A stretch of 64,000 nucleotides of DNA. Origin: a virus. Position 1 is the first letter of the stretch; every line of letters begins with the position of its first letter. This document shows positions 1 through 8,386 of this stretch, piece after piece. Both the position numbers and the translations under genes were made by a program. The stretch spans positions 48,795 to 112,794 of IMG/VR virus record IMGVR_UViG_3300003177_000010; one strand, given 5' to 3'. The notes beneath the pieces were generated by a model. It was not told the origin of the DNA. It was given only the letters and a program-made list of their open reading frames with translations, and ran no database searches.

Positions 1-69
1 TAAATGTTGTGCCACTACAAAGGACCCTAAACTATATAGTAGGTATACGGTAATTAAAAATATTAACAT
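1..69 (-). CDS. N-terminus of a small membrane protein running off the window (MLIFLITVYLLYSLGSFVVAQHL...)
   Basis: ATG at 69, frame open to the window edge, hydrophobic; TTGCCT-17-TATAAA promoter-like sequence at 118..90 on the minus strand. Confidence 0.4.
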   Translation of the reverse strand, partial: MLIFLITVYLLYSLGSFVVAQHL

Positions 70-126
70 TTTTTTTTCTTTCTTATTAATTTATAAACTA
101 AAAATAACCTTTAGGCAAATAATATA

Positions 127-624
127 TTATATTATTTCATCTATTAAGTTATACTGTTTTGCTTTTTTAGGAGTTAACTGCACGTCATTAGGAGGAAGTA
201 GCTCTGCCTCTATGATTTTCTTTGGTAATTTAGTATATTTACAGTAGTGTTTTACGAATCTTTTATACTCTGCATTTATGTTATTGCTAAATAACTCATG
301 AGCTTTACCAGAGATGCTACCTGAAGGTTGATGCGACACTAATGTAGTATTTTTAGTAACTCTACGGTAATCTCCTGCCATTAGCACGATTAAGGCACAA
401 GAAGCTACCATACCTGTACCAACTATTACAATGGGTATTTTAGACCACGCTATAGTATCAATTAAAGCAAAGGCACTAGCAGTCTCCCCACCATAAGAAT
501 TTATAATTAAAGTTAAAAAGTTATGGATCTTTTGGTCGTTACTATTTACAATCCATTTTATTACTTCTGCAGTGCTTTCATTATCAAAGTCTTTATAGAA
601 GTAAAATTTACTACTATCATACAT
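127..624 (-). CDS. clpP: ClpP-like serine protease proteolytic subunit
   Basis: INSYGGE, GMVASCA (catalytic Ser) and SHQPSG (His) motifs; T5 also carries a ClpP-like gene beside its lysis genes. Confidence 0.85.
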   Translation of the reverse strand: MYDSSKFYFYKDFDNESTAEVIKWIVNSNDQKIHNFLTLIINSYGGETASAFALIDTIAWSKIPIVIVGTGMVASCALIVLMAGDYRRVTKNTTLVSHQPSGSISGKAHELFSNNINAEYKRFVKHYCKYTKLPKKIIEAELLPPNDVQLTPKKAKQYNLIDEII

Positions 625-627
625 ATA

Positions 628-825
628 TTATAACCCTGTACTTACTGATATAGACACATTCTGTCGTAATTCTAAAAAAGAATGTATAAAGCTACTAGGG
701 TCATATATAGTAGCACAATTAGTACACTCTATAACACTAATAGGCTGTATGGTACTGTTATAGTACCACACTTCTTCTTCTGTATAGCAATTTGGACAAA
801 ATGCTCTAGCTCTATGTATACTCAT
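628..825 (-). CDS. small Zn-ribbon protein
   Basis: CPNC...CTNC pairs. Confidence 0.55.
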   Translation of the reverse strand: MSIHRARAFCPNCYTEEEVWYYNSTIQPISVIECTNCATIYDPSSFIHSFLELRQNVSISVSTGL

Positions 826-828
826 GTA

Positions 829-1152
829 CTACTTAGGCTTACTCATATAAGCAGTAGCACCAAAGTAAAATCCTATTATAGAGGCAAAAGATAGCATAAC
901 TACCCCACTCATATCGGAAATAAAGGATAATCTATCTGCAGTTACATAGGGAATTATAGGTAGTACAGAATACAAAATTAAAAATATTAAAGCTACCCAT
1001 GCCATATTTTTCTGTGCTAGTGCTTTCTCTTCTCGTAATTCTAACTCTATAAGGTCTTTAGCTAAAGAAACTTCCTCGGCAGTCATATCACCATTTTTAT
1101 TTAAGTCAAAACGACTCCAATCATTCAACATGTTGAATATTCTCTCTTTCAT
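829..1152 (-). CDS. putative holin (2 TM) with EF-hand-like N-terminal motif
   Basis: two hydrophobic helices, basic C-terminus, DLNKNGDMTAEE, directly downstream of the spanins. Confidence 0.5.
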   Translation of the reverse strand: MKERIFNMLNDWSRFDLNKNGDMTAEEVSLAKDLIELELREEKALAQKNMAWVALIFLILYSVLPIIPYVTADRLSFISDMSGVVMLSFASIIGFYFGATAYMSKPK

Positions 1153-1159
1153 TTTTCCC

Positions 1160-1465
1160 TCATTGATTTATTACGTTATCGTAGTAATTTATAATTCCTT
1201 TTTGTTCCTCAATGTACCTTTTTAACTCTAGTAAGTTTTGTGCTAAGATTTGATAATCAGATATAGTCACCGCATAGTAAATTAAGCCATTTACTTCTAG
1301 CACCTTCCAAGTAATGTTATTTAAAGTGACAGGGGCAGGGCTATTAGGTTTAGTAATAGGTACCGCTATAGGAGTACTTACTGTAGAAATACTATTATCT
1401 TTAGTGCAGCTAATTAGAAGTAGTAAGGCTAGTAATATTACTAAATAAGTTTTTAGTACCTTCAT
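1160..1465 (-). CDS. o-spanin (Rz1-like lipoprotein)
   Basis: lipobox LLISC after a hydrophobic signal, Pro-rich linker, overlaps the 3' end of the i-spanin in another frame. Confidence 0.8.
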   Translation of the reverse strand: MKVLKTYLVILLALLLLISCTKDNSISTVSTPIAVPITKPNSPAPVTLNNITWKVLEVNGLIYYAVTISDYQILAQNLLELKRYIEEQKGIINYYDNVINQ

Positions 1466-1802
1466 TTATTCTTCTCTCTATTAACCCTGGTTTAGCTCTA
1501 CTAAGAGCTTCCCAATCATGCCCTAGTATAACGCTATTTAAAGCATTTTTTTCATTTTGCAACTCTTGCCGCAACCTTCCTAATGTTAATAACTGTTCAG
1601 ACTGCCTTCTATAAGAACTTTGTAGTACATTTATAGCGTCTGTTTGATTATTAACAGCTATTTTTAGTTTTTCATTATTGTTTTGTAATACTCTAATGGT
1701 ATTTTGTGATGTATTATAGTAGTATAAAACCGAAGTAACTATGCTAGCTAGTAGTAAACCGATTACAATATACAACTTTACTTTTCCAAATAATTTAAAC
1801 AT
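1410..1802 (-). CDS. i-spanin (Rz-like)
   Basis: single N-terminal TM followed by coiled coil; overlapped-spanin architecture. Confidence 0.8.
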   Translation of the reverse strand: MFKLFGKVKLYIVIGLLLASIVTSVLYYYNTSQNTIRVLQNNNEKLKIAVNNQTDAINVLQSSYRRQSEQLLTLGRLRQELQNEKNALNSVILGHDWEALSRAKPGLIERRINEGTKNLFSNITSLTTSN

Positions 1803-2209
1803 TATATATCCTTACTGTATTTATTGCTTTGCATATATAAAATTCTATTAAATTGTAACTCAGTTAATTGACCACTATTATCCTGACAGCGCAAACAGCC
1901 TTTTATAAATGATAAATCTTTATCTGATAAATCTAAGCTTAGTAAATGTTTTTTTAACTTTGGTGTTATTCTTTTTTTAATATAAGTAGCTTTAGGTCCT
2001 GGTCCAGGTTTTAGCACTCTATTTCTGGAGTCTTTAGTGTACCCAAGGGCAAGTAAATAGTTACTCCAACTACCGTATAAACGTATAATTAATTTTTTAT
2101 CACAAAAGTCACTAGTAGCAGTATAATCCTTCATCTTAGGAGGGCAATTATACTTATCTTTATATATCTTCGCTAACTTCTCTGCTTTTTCTTTTGTTAT
2201 TAATAGCAT
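1802..2209 (-). CDS. hypothetical protein with homing-endonuclease-associated repeat-like motif
   Basis: PPKMKDY...IRLYGSWSNYLLALG resembles the YxxxFGSWxxAL repeat. Confidence 0.45.
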   Translation of the reverse strand: MLLITKEKAEKLAKIYKDKYNCPPKMKDYTATSDFCDKKLIIRLYGSWSNYLLALGYTKDSRNRVLKPGPGPKATYIKKRITPKLKKHLLSLDLSDKDLSFIKGCLRCQDNSGQLTELQFNRILYMQSNKYSKDI

Positions 2210-2852
2210 AGTAACTCCTAATTCTATTTTTTAGCTCAGGAAGGAACATAGGAGCAGGTTTAATAAAAGTTTTTCCTGGCTTATCATCAATAGTCATATT
2301 TATTACTATTTGCTTTATACCAGTACCATATCTTTCGTTATGTGCTACACAGTAAGAACATCCTTGTATAAAGTAATCTTTTATCTGCTTTATATTTTTA
2401 ACCTTTTTTGACGTTTTAAAATCTATAATAGACGGAACGCCATTCCATAAGCCTACCATATCACATCTACCCGCAAACTTATACTTATTGCTCCATAGTA
2501 TTTGTTCCTGTCCCCATACTTCTGGGTTACCAGCTTCCGTAATTTTAATAAGCTCTTTAGTTAAGTGTATAACATCAGCAGCTTCTTGTTCTAACTCTGC
2601 AAATATAGGTATGCCGTTAAAATGTTTTTCGGCATATTCATGTACCAATGTACCTCTATCAGTAGCTATTTTAGATATTCTAGCAGCCTCAGCTTCTCCT
2701 ACTCTAGCGATCCATGCTGCTAACCAAGCTTGGTTAGATGTTTTAGCTAAAATGGTAGTTATAGAAGGGTAAGACCCGTCAGGAGTGTGATAGGTTCTAC
2801 CAGTAGGTAAGGTATCTACAGGCATTTCTGTAACATAGTTATACTTAGTCAC
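2160..2852 (-). CDS. PD-(D/E)XK (RecB/Cas4-like) exonuclease
   Basis: YPSITTIL, RGTLVH, AGRCD, IIDFKTS and QxxxY motifs. Confidence 0.85.
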   Translation of the reverse strand: MTKYNYVTEMPVDTLPTGRTYHTPDGSYPSITTILAKTSNQAWLAAWIARVGEAEAARISKIATDRGTLVHEYAEKHFNGIPIFAELEQEAADVIHLTKELIKITEAGNPEVWGQEQILWSNKYKFAGRCDMVGLWNGVPSIIDFKTSKKVKNIKQIKDYFIQGCSYCVAHNERYGTGIKQIVINMTIDDKPGKTFIKPAPMFLPELKNRIRSYYAINNKRKSREVSEDI

Positions 2853-3085
2853 TTACACAACTTTACAATATTTTTTATTTCCTGCCATACTTCATCTTCT
2901 TCTGCAATATTTTCTTTTCTTACTAAGCTAACAATTTTAGTTATTACAGGGGTAGGTAGATCAAAATTTTCTTTTATATCTTTTTTTAGTGATGATATAG
3001 ATGCATTTATTGCTTCTCGCTGTATTACCAAATCTACTATACGATTAATTTCTTCAGCTAGTTCTGACGCTATAGATGCATCCAT
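2849..3085 (-). CDS. GapR (DUF2312)/T4 DsbA-like dsDNA-binding protein
   Basis: small acidic helical pattern INRIVDL...ISSLKKDIKENF.LP...I.KIV; ATG at 3085 preferred over TTG at 3097. Confidence 0.5.
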   Translation of the reverse strand: MDASIASELAEEINRIVDLVIQREAINASISSLKKDIKENFDLPTPVITKIVSLVRKENIAEEDEVWQEIKNIVKLCK

Positions 3086-3413
3086 TATACTATCCAATAC
3101 TCTTTATGTGCTGCTCTATTAAACCAAGATATTGCTATCTCCATATCTTGTACTGCTTTACTATCCGTTTTTGTTAAACTATTTTGTAAATCTTTTTTAC
3201 ATGTATTGCATTCCAATGAGCACACTTATTAGAAAATGCAGTTTGTGAATTTACATTTCTTTCTGATTCTTGAAGTCTTTGTTTTAGTAGCTTAAACAAA
3301 GATTGATATGCAATAAACTTATCTTTATCCTTTAACTCTTTAGAACTAGCAATAATTTTTATATTCTTTACTAAGTCTCTGTATGCGTTTTTAGCTGTTA
3401 ATTTAAAAAACAT
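3085..3413 (-). CDS. hypothetical protein, 79 aa in frame 0, 109 aa via -1 shift at A AAA AAG
   Basis: SD AAGGA and promoter upstream; -1 frame open from 3192 to a TAA that overlaps the next ATG (TAATG). Confidence 0.6.
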
Positions 3414-3425
3414 TTTATTCCTTAT

Positions 3426-3454
3426 ATATTATAATATTTTTACTTTTATGTCAA
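3426..3454 (-). promoter_or_regulatory. sigma70-type promoter
   Basis: TTGACA-17-TAATAT. Confidence 0.65.
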
Positions 3455-3455
3455 T

Positions 3456-3800
3456 TTATTTTTTTAAAGAAAAATTATCTACATTGTCTATAAAGTTAAT
3501 TGACCCATTAGTAGATTGTATATAGGTACAGGTAGTAGGGCGGTCAATAGCTCCCCAAAAATCTTCCTCATTATACCAATTAAAATTCTTTATTGTAGCC
3601 CAAAATGAATTAATCCTAGCTGCTGCTAAATCAAATTCATTATAATAAGGGTTATCTAAGTCAATACCATTTAATGCTTCAGACATCCATAAATGCGCTA
3701 ACCAAGGGTTCCACTTAGACACATTTTCAGCCTCTTTTATAGTTCTTAAAATTGACCAATCAGAATAGTCAGAAACAGGAATAATTTTTCTTTTAGCCAT
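3456..3800 (-). CDS. hypothetical protein
   Basis: ORF overlapping its upstream neighbour in the operon. Confidence 0.6.
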   Translation of the reverse strand: MAKRKIIPVSDYSDWSILRTIKEAENVSKWNPWLAHLWMSEALNGIDLDNPYYNEFDLAAARINSFWATIKNFNWYNEEDFWGAIDRPTTCTYIQSTNGSINFIDNVDNFSLKK

Positions 3801-4038
3801 TTATACTTATACTTTCTGACTTCTTATAAAAATTATTTACAATTTCAACAATTATCCTAGATGCAAGAAATTCATTAGTTTTCTTTAATTCTTTATATTC
3901 TATTAAAGCTTGGGAACAATAACTATTATACATTTTATATTGTTCTAAGATCGCAATAGATTCTTTTAACGTAGGTCTTTTTCTCATTATATCCAAAATA
4001 TCTTTATTTTTTACTAATATCAAGTTTTTTGTTGACAT
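3793..4038 (-). CDS. hypothetical protein (possibly leaderless)
   Basis: ORF; TATAAT 7 nt upstream of ATG, no SD. Confidence 0.55.
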   Translation of the reverse strand: MSTKNLILVKNKDILDIMRKRPTLKESIAILEQYKMYNSYCSQALIEYKELKKTNEFLASRIIVEIVNNFYKKSESISING

Positions 4039-4060
4039 TTAAATTATTATAAATTATAAT
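4032..4060 (+). promoter_or_regulatory. consensus sigma70 promoter
   Basis: exact TTGACA-17-TATAAT. Confidence 0.8.
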
Positions 4061-4117
4061 ACAAGCAATAGGCAAGAAAAAAATTACCTATTTTCGTGGT
4101 AAAAAAGGAAGTAATAT

Positions 4118-4384
4118 ATGAATTATAAATTAACAGTATTTGTACCTTTATCTGACTTTAATTTAACTGAATATGTTAATAATCAAGCACAACTAATTAA
4201 GCAAAAAATTAACATTCAAGTAGAAGTAGTCGATAATTCTGATTCACGTATGTTACTATATTGTAAAAAACCAGATAGAGTACCTTGTTTTATGATTTTT
4301 AAGAATAGTAAATTTAAAACATATAAACAAATTAAAGTAAATGATAATGATTTACTTTCTTGGGTTACTGAAAATGTATCTTAG
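4118..4384 (+). CDS. thioredoxin-fold-like small protein lacking CxxC
   Basis: SD AAGGA; RVPCFMIFKNSK resembles the Trx cis-Pro strand motif. Confidence 0.4.
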   Translation: MNYKLTVFVPLSDFNLTEYVNNQAQLIKQKINIQVEVVDNSDSRMLLYCKKPDRVPCFMIFKNSKFKTYKQIKVNDNDLLSWVTENVS

Positions 4385-4398
4385 TTGTTTAATAACTT

Positions 4399-4427
4399 AT
4401 ACTAGCACAGTTCTACCCATTTAGCAA
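4399..4427 (-). promoter_or_regulatory. sigma70-type promoter with extended -10, leftward
   Basis: TTGCTA-17-TAGTAT preceded by TGTGC. Confidence 0.6.
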
Positions 4428-4480
4428 ATTTAAAGTTGATTTAAAGTTGCTACTACCAAAATTTAAAATAAAGACATTAA

Positions 4481-4678
4481 ATGAAAATATACGTTAAGAA
4501 TAACAATGTAGACAAAGCTATGCGTGTGCTAAAACGTAAGCTTTTACTAGAGGGGGATACAAATGCACTAAAAGATAAAAGATTTTTTGTATCTAAAAGC
4601 GAAAAAAAGAGACTTATAAAAAAAGCAGGCCGTAAAAGATGGTTGCATAAGCAAAAAGAATCGCATTTGTTTGAGTAG
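4481..4678 (+). CDS. rpsU: ribosomal protein bS21
   Basis: VKNNNVDKAMRVLKRK...EG...KRFFVSKSEKKR family pattern, 65 aa, basic. Confidence 0.9.
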   Translation: MKIYVKNNNVDKAMRVLKRKLLLEGDTNALKDKRFFVSKSEKKRLIKKAGRKRWLHKQKESHLFE

Positions 4679-4704
4679 TTAGTGGTAAATAAGTAATTTT
4701 ATAG

Positions 4705-4733
4705 TTGCTAATGACTATTTTTACGTGTATATT
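4705..4733 (+). promoter_or_regulatory. sigma70-type promoter
   Basis: TTGCTA-17-TATATT. Confidence 0.6.
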
Positions 4734-4813
4734 ATATTAATAAGAAACACTAAAAAAGGATTAAGTCTATCCTTAAAGGCTTTTAATTGATCAATTAAAA
4801 AATGGAATATAAA

Positions 4814-5167
4814 ATGAATAAAATAATAACATTTGCTGCAACATTACTAGCAGCTACTACAGGGACTGCATCAGCTTTTGACCTAGGTAACACTGGAGTT
4901 GCTTTAGACAATAGTTTAGTTGCGGAATATAATATTAATAGTACAAATTATACTATTAATTATAGTGCAAAACTAAATTATAATATTGTGGATAGCGTAA
5001 ATATGTATGTAAAAACATCAGTAGATCTTACTAATATTACTTATTCTGGCGTTACTCTAGGAGCTACATGGGCTGCTAAACCTAATTTAGACATATATAC
5101 TAATGTAGGAGTAGATAATAATGGTAATATAGGTAATGCTATTATTGGAGCAAAACTTAACTTTTAA
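4814..5167 (+). CDS. small outer-membrane beta-barrel (porin/Lom-like) with signal peptide
   Basis: MNKIITFAATLLAATTGTASA signal ending in AxA, alternating amphipathic strands, C-terminal Phe (AKLNF). Confidence 0.65.
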   Translation: MNKIITFAATLLAATTGTASAFDLGNTGVALDNSLVAEYNINSTNYTINYSAKLNYNIVDSVNMYVKTSVDLTNITYSGVTLGATWAAKPNLDIYTNVGVDNNGNIGNAIIGAKLNF

Positions 5168-5207
5168 TACGTAGTATTATAGGGCTGGTCGCCGTAAATA
5201 GACTCGT

Positions 5208-5235
5208 GGAAGCCTATGGTTAGCTTCCTTTTATT
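5208..5235 (+). terminator. intrinsic terminator
   Basis: GGAAGC-9nt-GCTTCC followed by TTTTATT. Confidence 0.55.
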
Positions 5236-5249
5236 ATATAGGAGATAGT

Positions 5250-6035
5250 ATGAATAGAATAACTAATATGTATAGCCCTGTATGGACAATACCAAAAACT
5301 GATAAATTTACTAGCGTAAGCTCTAGTAATATAAAAAATAAGGTGTTTAAGCCCAAAAAATCAGGTACTAAAGCTTCACATATAATATTTATACTTGATA
5401 GCTCTTCCTCAATGAATGGTATTAAAGCAGGCACTATAGACGGTTTTAATGAGTTTTTGGATATACATAAAAAGGAATCTAAAGAAGACGGAGTTAAAAC
5501 CTATATTAGCTTATACAGCTTTAATGGATACTCTACTAAAAAAATACTCGATAGAAAAAATGTTAATTCAGTAGAAAATTTAACAGATAGCTCCTATAAT
5601 CCCAGCGGCATGACTAACTTATATGATAGTATAGGTAAAGTAATGCGTAAAATAAATAATAAGGTAAGTAAGTATAAAAAGTCTAGCAGAGACTCTTTAA
5701 TTTTCGTAGTATTAACTGATGGACAGGATAATACATCTAAGAAATATAATGGAGGCGCTATTAAAGAGATGGTAGAATTAGCTGAACAAGCTAACTGGGG
5801 TTTTACTTTTTTAGGCACTAATATAGATACTTTCGGTATAGGGACATCAATGGGCTTTAATTTACATAATACAGTAATGTACAAAGGAGCTAATATAAAA
5901 GAATCTATAGCTGCTGCAGGGGAAATGACTTCTAGACTAAGAACTGTTAGCCTATCTGGAAGCTCTATAATAGACGCTTATAGCTTATCAGGATATACAG
6001 AAAAAGAAAGATTAGAATCAGTAGGGTCAGAATAA
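5250..6035 (+). CDS. von Willebrand factor A domain protein
   Basis: MIDAS DSSSSM, GMTNLYD, LTDG; SD AGGAG. Confidence 0.85.
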   Translation: MNRITNMYSPVWTIPKTDKFTSVSSSNIKNKVFKPKKSGTKASHIIFILDSSSSMNGIKAGTIDGFNEFLDIHKKESKEDGVKTYISLYSFNGYSTKKILDRKNVNSVENLTDSSYNPSGMTNLYDSIGKVMRKINNKVSKYKKSSRDSLIFVVLTDGQDNTSKKYNGGAIKEMVELAEQANWGFTFLGTNIDTFGIGTSMGFNLHNTVMYKGANIKESIAAAGEMTSRLRTVSLSGSSIIDAYSLSGYTEKERLESVGSE

Positions 6036-6038
6036 TAA

Positions 6039-6683
6039 ATGTCTAATTTATACATTTTAGGTAATGGAGGTTTTGCACATGAGGTACGTGAGCAAATAAA
6101 AGAGCAATATACTGACTTAGGGTTCGGGGGTTACATCTATAAAGAAGGTGACGCTATAATGGTAGAATCCCCATTCAATACTATTAAGGAGTTTACTTTC
6201 CCTAAATTTAGCAGTTTTCTTTTAGGTACTGGAAATAAGTTTTGGAGGGCTTATTTTATAGACCTGATAGATGAGTACTATGGAGTAAGTAAAGAAATTT
6301 TTCCAAATATAATAGCGGATAATTGTTATTTATCATGTTACGCTAAAATAGGTATAGGTAATCTATTATGTACAAATTCTATAGTTCTTGGCAATGCCAT
6401 TCTAGGGGATTTTAACTTACTAAATGTGCAAACATTAGTATCTCATGACTGTGTAATAGGGGACCATAACTTATTAAATCCTAAAGTATCTGTATTAGGT
6501 ACTTGTAAAATAGGTAGTAATAACTATTTAGCTACTAATGTTACTATAATACCGAAAATCACAATAGGCAATAATAATACTATCAGCGTATCTGAGAATA
6601 TAGTAAGAGATATAAATAATAGTATATTTTTTAAAGACAACAAAGAAAGTAGTAAATATGCATATTCTATTCAGAAGTTGTGA
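6039..6683 (+). CDS. NeuD/PglD/VioB-like sugar N-acetyltransferase
   Basis: ILGNGGFAHEV N-terminal domain, hexapeptide repeats, VSHDCVIG catalytic His. Confidence 0.85.
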   Translation: MSNLYILGNGGFAHEVREQIKEQYTDLGFGGYIYKEGDAIMVESPFNTIKEFTFPKFSSFLLGTGNKFWRAYFIDLIDEYYGVSKEIFPNIIADNCYLSCYAKIGIGNLLCTNSIVLGNAILGDFNLLNVQTLVSHDCVIGDHNLLNPKVSVLGTCKIGSNNYLATNVTIIPKITIGNNNTISVSENIVRDINNSIFFKDNKESSKYAYSIQKL

Positions 6684-7419
6684 AGCTAATTTATCTCCAG
6701 GGTCTTTGGGAAAAGGCACAGATGATAAACCCAGATGGAATGGTAAGTATAAATTAGAAATCTTACGTAAATCTTATCTATCAATACAGGAAGGACTAAA
6801 TAAAGAAGATAGTATAATTATTGTTAATGATAGAACTACTAAAGAAACTTTAGAATGGATGAAAAATACTACAATAGCTAATTTCTCTGTAGTAGATATT
6901 ACTTCTTTAGATGTGCTAAGAAAAGAGCATAAGTATCCAAAGTATCATCCTGTTGTAATTAATGCTTGCCCAGACTTAACTGAATTACTAATACAAACTG
7001 CGGAAAGTAATCCAGAAGAATTAATATATATATGTGAAGATGATTACTTGCACACTCCTATAGCAATTAGCGCTATGAAAAATTTATATAATTCTTCTTT
7101 TGATGGGTTTTATGTACCTTATGACTACCCTGATAGATATACTATAGACAGGGAAATTAATACTAAGATATATTTAACTAACTACGGGCACATTAGGACT
7201 GTGCCTAGTGCTACTTTAACTATTGCAGCATTAGGTAAGACTTGGTTAAAATATAAGTATGAAATATTAAGAGCAGGAGTTTTTGCAGATGATAGCTGGA
7301 CTTGGAAAGCTTTCGCACAAATACCAGCATTTTGTCCTATACCTGGTCACGCTACTCACTTGCAAGAAGGATGTATTACTCCAGGAGTAGATTGGGAAAC
7401 TGTGTATGCTAATTACTAA
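6658..7419 (+). CDS. GT-A fold glycosyltransferase-like protein
   Basis: IIIVNDRT and YICEDDYLH (DxD-like) motifs, late His (HATH). Confidence 0.65.
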   Translation: MHILFRSCEANLSPGSLGKGTDDKPRWNGKYKLEILRKSYLSIQEGLNKEDSIIIVNDRTTKETLEWMKNTTIANFSVVDITSLDVLRKEHKYPKYHPVVINACPDLTELLIQTAESNPEELIYICEDDYLHTPIAISAMKNLYNSSFDGFYVPYDYPDRYTIDREINTKIYLTNYGHIRTVPSATLTIAALGKTWLKYKYEILRAGVFADDSWTWKAFAQIPAFCPIPGHATHLQEGCITPGVDWETVYANY

Positions 7420-8386
7420 AAAGTTAAAAATTAAGAATTTTAATAAATATATACAAGAGGCTAATAGGTCTAATATATTTACAAATTATGGCTATGCAGT
7501 ACAATTACTAGAAGAACGCGCTAGGTACATGCTAAAAATAGATGAGTCTAAAGCAATTATAGCTACTAGTAGTGGGACTGCTGCTTTACATGCAGCAGTT
7601 AATGTGTATGATTGTGAAAATATAAATGTGCAAGACTTTACTTTCCCTTGTAATATACAGGGGCCTTTAAATAATGCTATTATTGTTGATATGCATGACA
7701 GTGCTAATATAGCCTTAGATAAAGATGCTGACTTAATAGTAATAACTAACTGTTTTGGACACCTACAAGATGTAGTATTTATAGAAGAGTTTGCAGAAGC
7801 GCATGACATAGTTACCATATACGATAATGCTGCAACTCCTTTTTCTTTTATTAACAGCACTAACAGTTGCAATATTGGAGACGCGGCTATAATATCGCTA
7901 CACCATACAAAGCACCTAGGATTTGGGGAAGGTGGTTTACTAATTATAGATAAACAATTTGAAGATTTAGCTAGGGATATAATAAATTTTGCTAAGCATA
8001 GTGACCCTTTTTTAGGTAATAATTATAAGATGAGTGAGATAGCTGCTGCAGGAGTGCTACAGTGGTGGGATAGCTTCTCTATAGAAAGTTTAAAAAATAG
8101 CTTATTAGATAGATATTTTTATCTGTATGAGATGGCTAAAAAGTATGCTGAGCTATTTCCTAATGTTGCGGATGATTATTCTTTCTTACCTGCTAATTTA
8201 CCTATTATAATAGAAGATCAGTATATAAGAAAAGATGCAGAGAAACTAGGGGTTAAATACTATAAACCTTTACTAGGGCTACCAAATTCAAGTAAACTAT
8301 ATGAAAATATAGTTTGTTTACCAATAACAGGAAATATAAATGCAAAGAATAGCAATAGTAACTGGCTGCGCAGGATTTTTAGCTAG
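7406..8386 (+). CDS. DegT/DnrJ/EryC1/StrS PLP sugar aminotransferase (VioA-like)
   Basis: TSSGTAAL, DNAA, SLHHTKHLGFGEGG (PLP Lys), GNNYKMSEIAAA. Confidence 0.9.
   Translation: MLITKKLKIKNFNKYIQEANRSNIFTNYGYAVQLLEERARYMLKIDESKAIIATSSGTAALHAAVNVYDCENINVQDFTFPCNIQGPLNNAIIVDMHDSANIALDKDADLIVITNCFGHLQDVVFIEEFAEAHDIVTIYDNAATPFSFINSTNSCNIGDAAIISLHHTKHLGFGEGGLLIIDKQFEDLARDIINFAKHSDPFLGNNYKMSEIAAAGVLQWWDSFSIESLKNSLLDRYFYLYEMAKKYAELFPNVADDYSFLPANLPIIIEDQYIRKDAEKLGVKYYKPLLGLPNSSKLYENIVCLPITGNINAKNSNSNWLRRIFS

Noticed and set aside
2160-2852. Cas4 as evidence of a CRISPR system
   Set aside because: No Fe-S cysteine cluster, array or other cas genes; it is a common phage exonuclease
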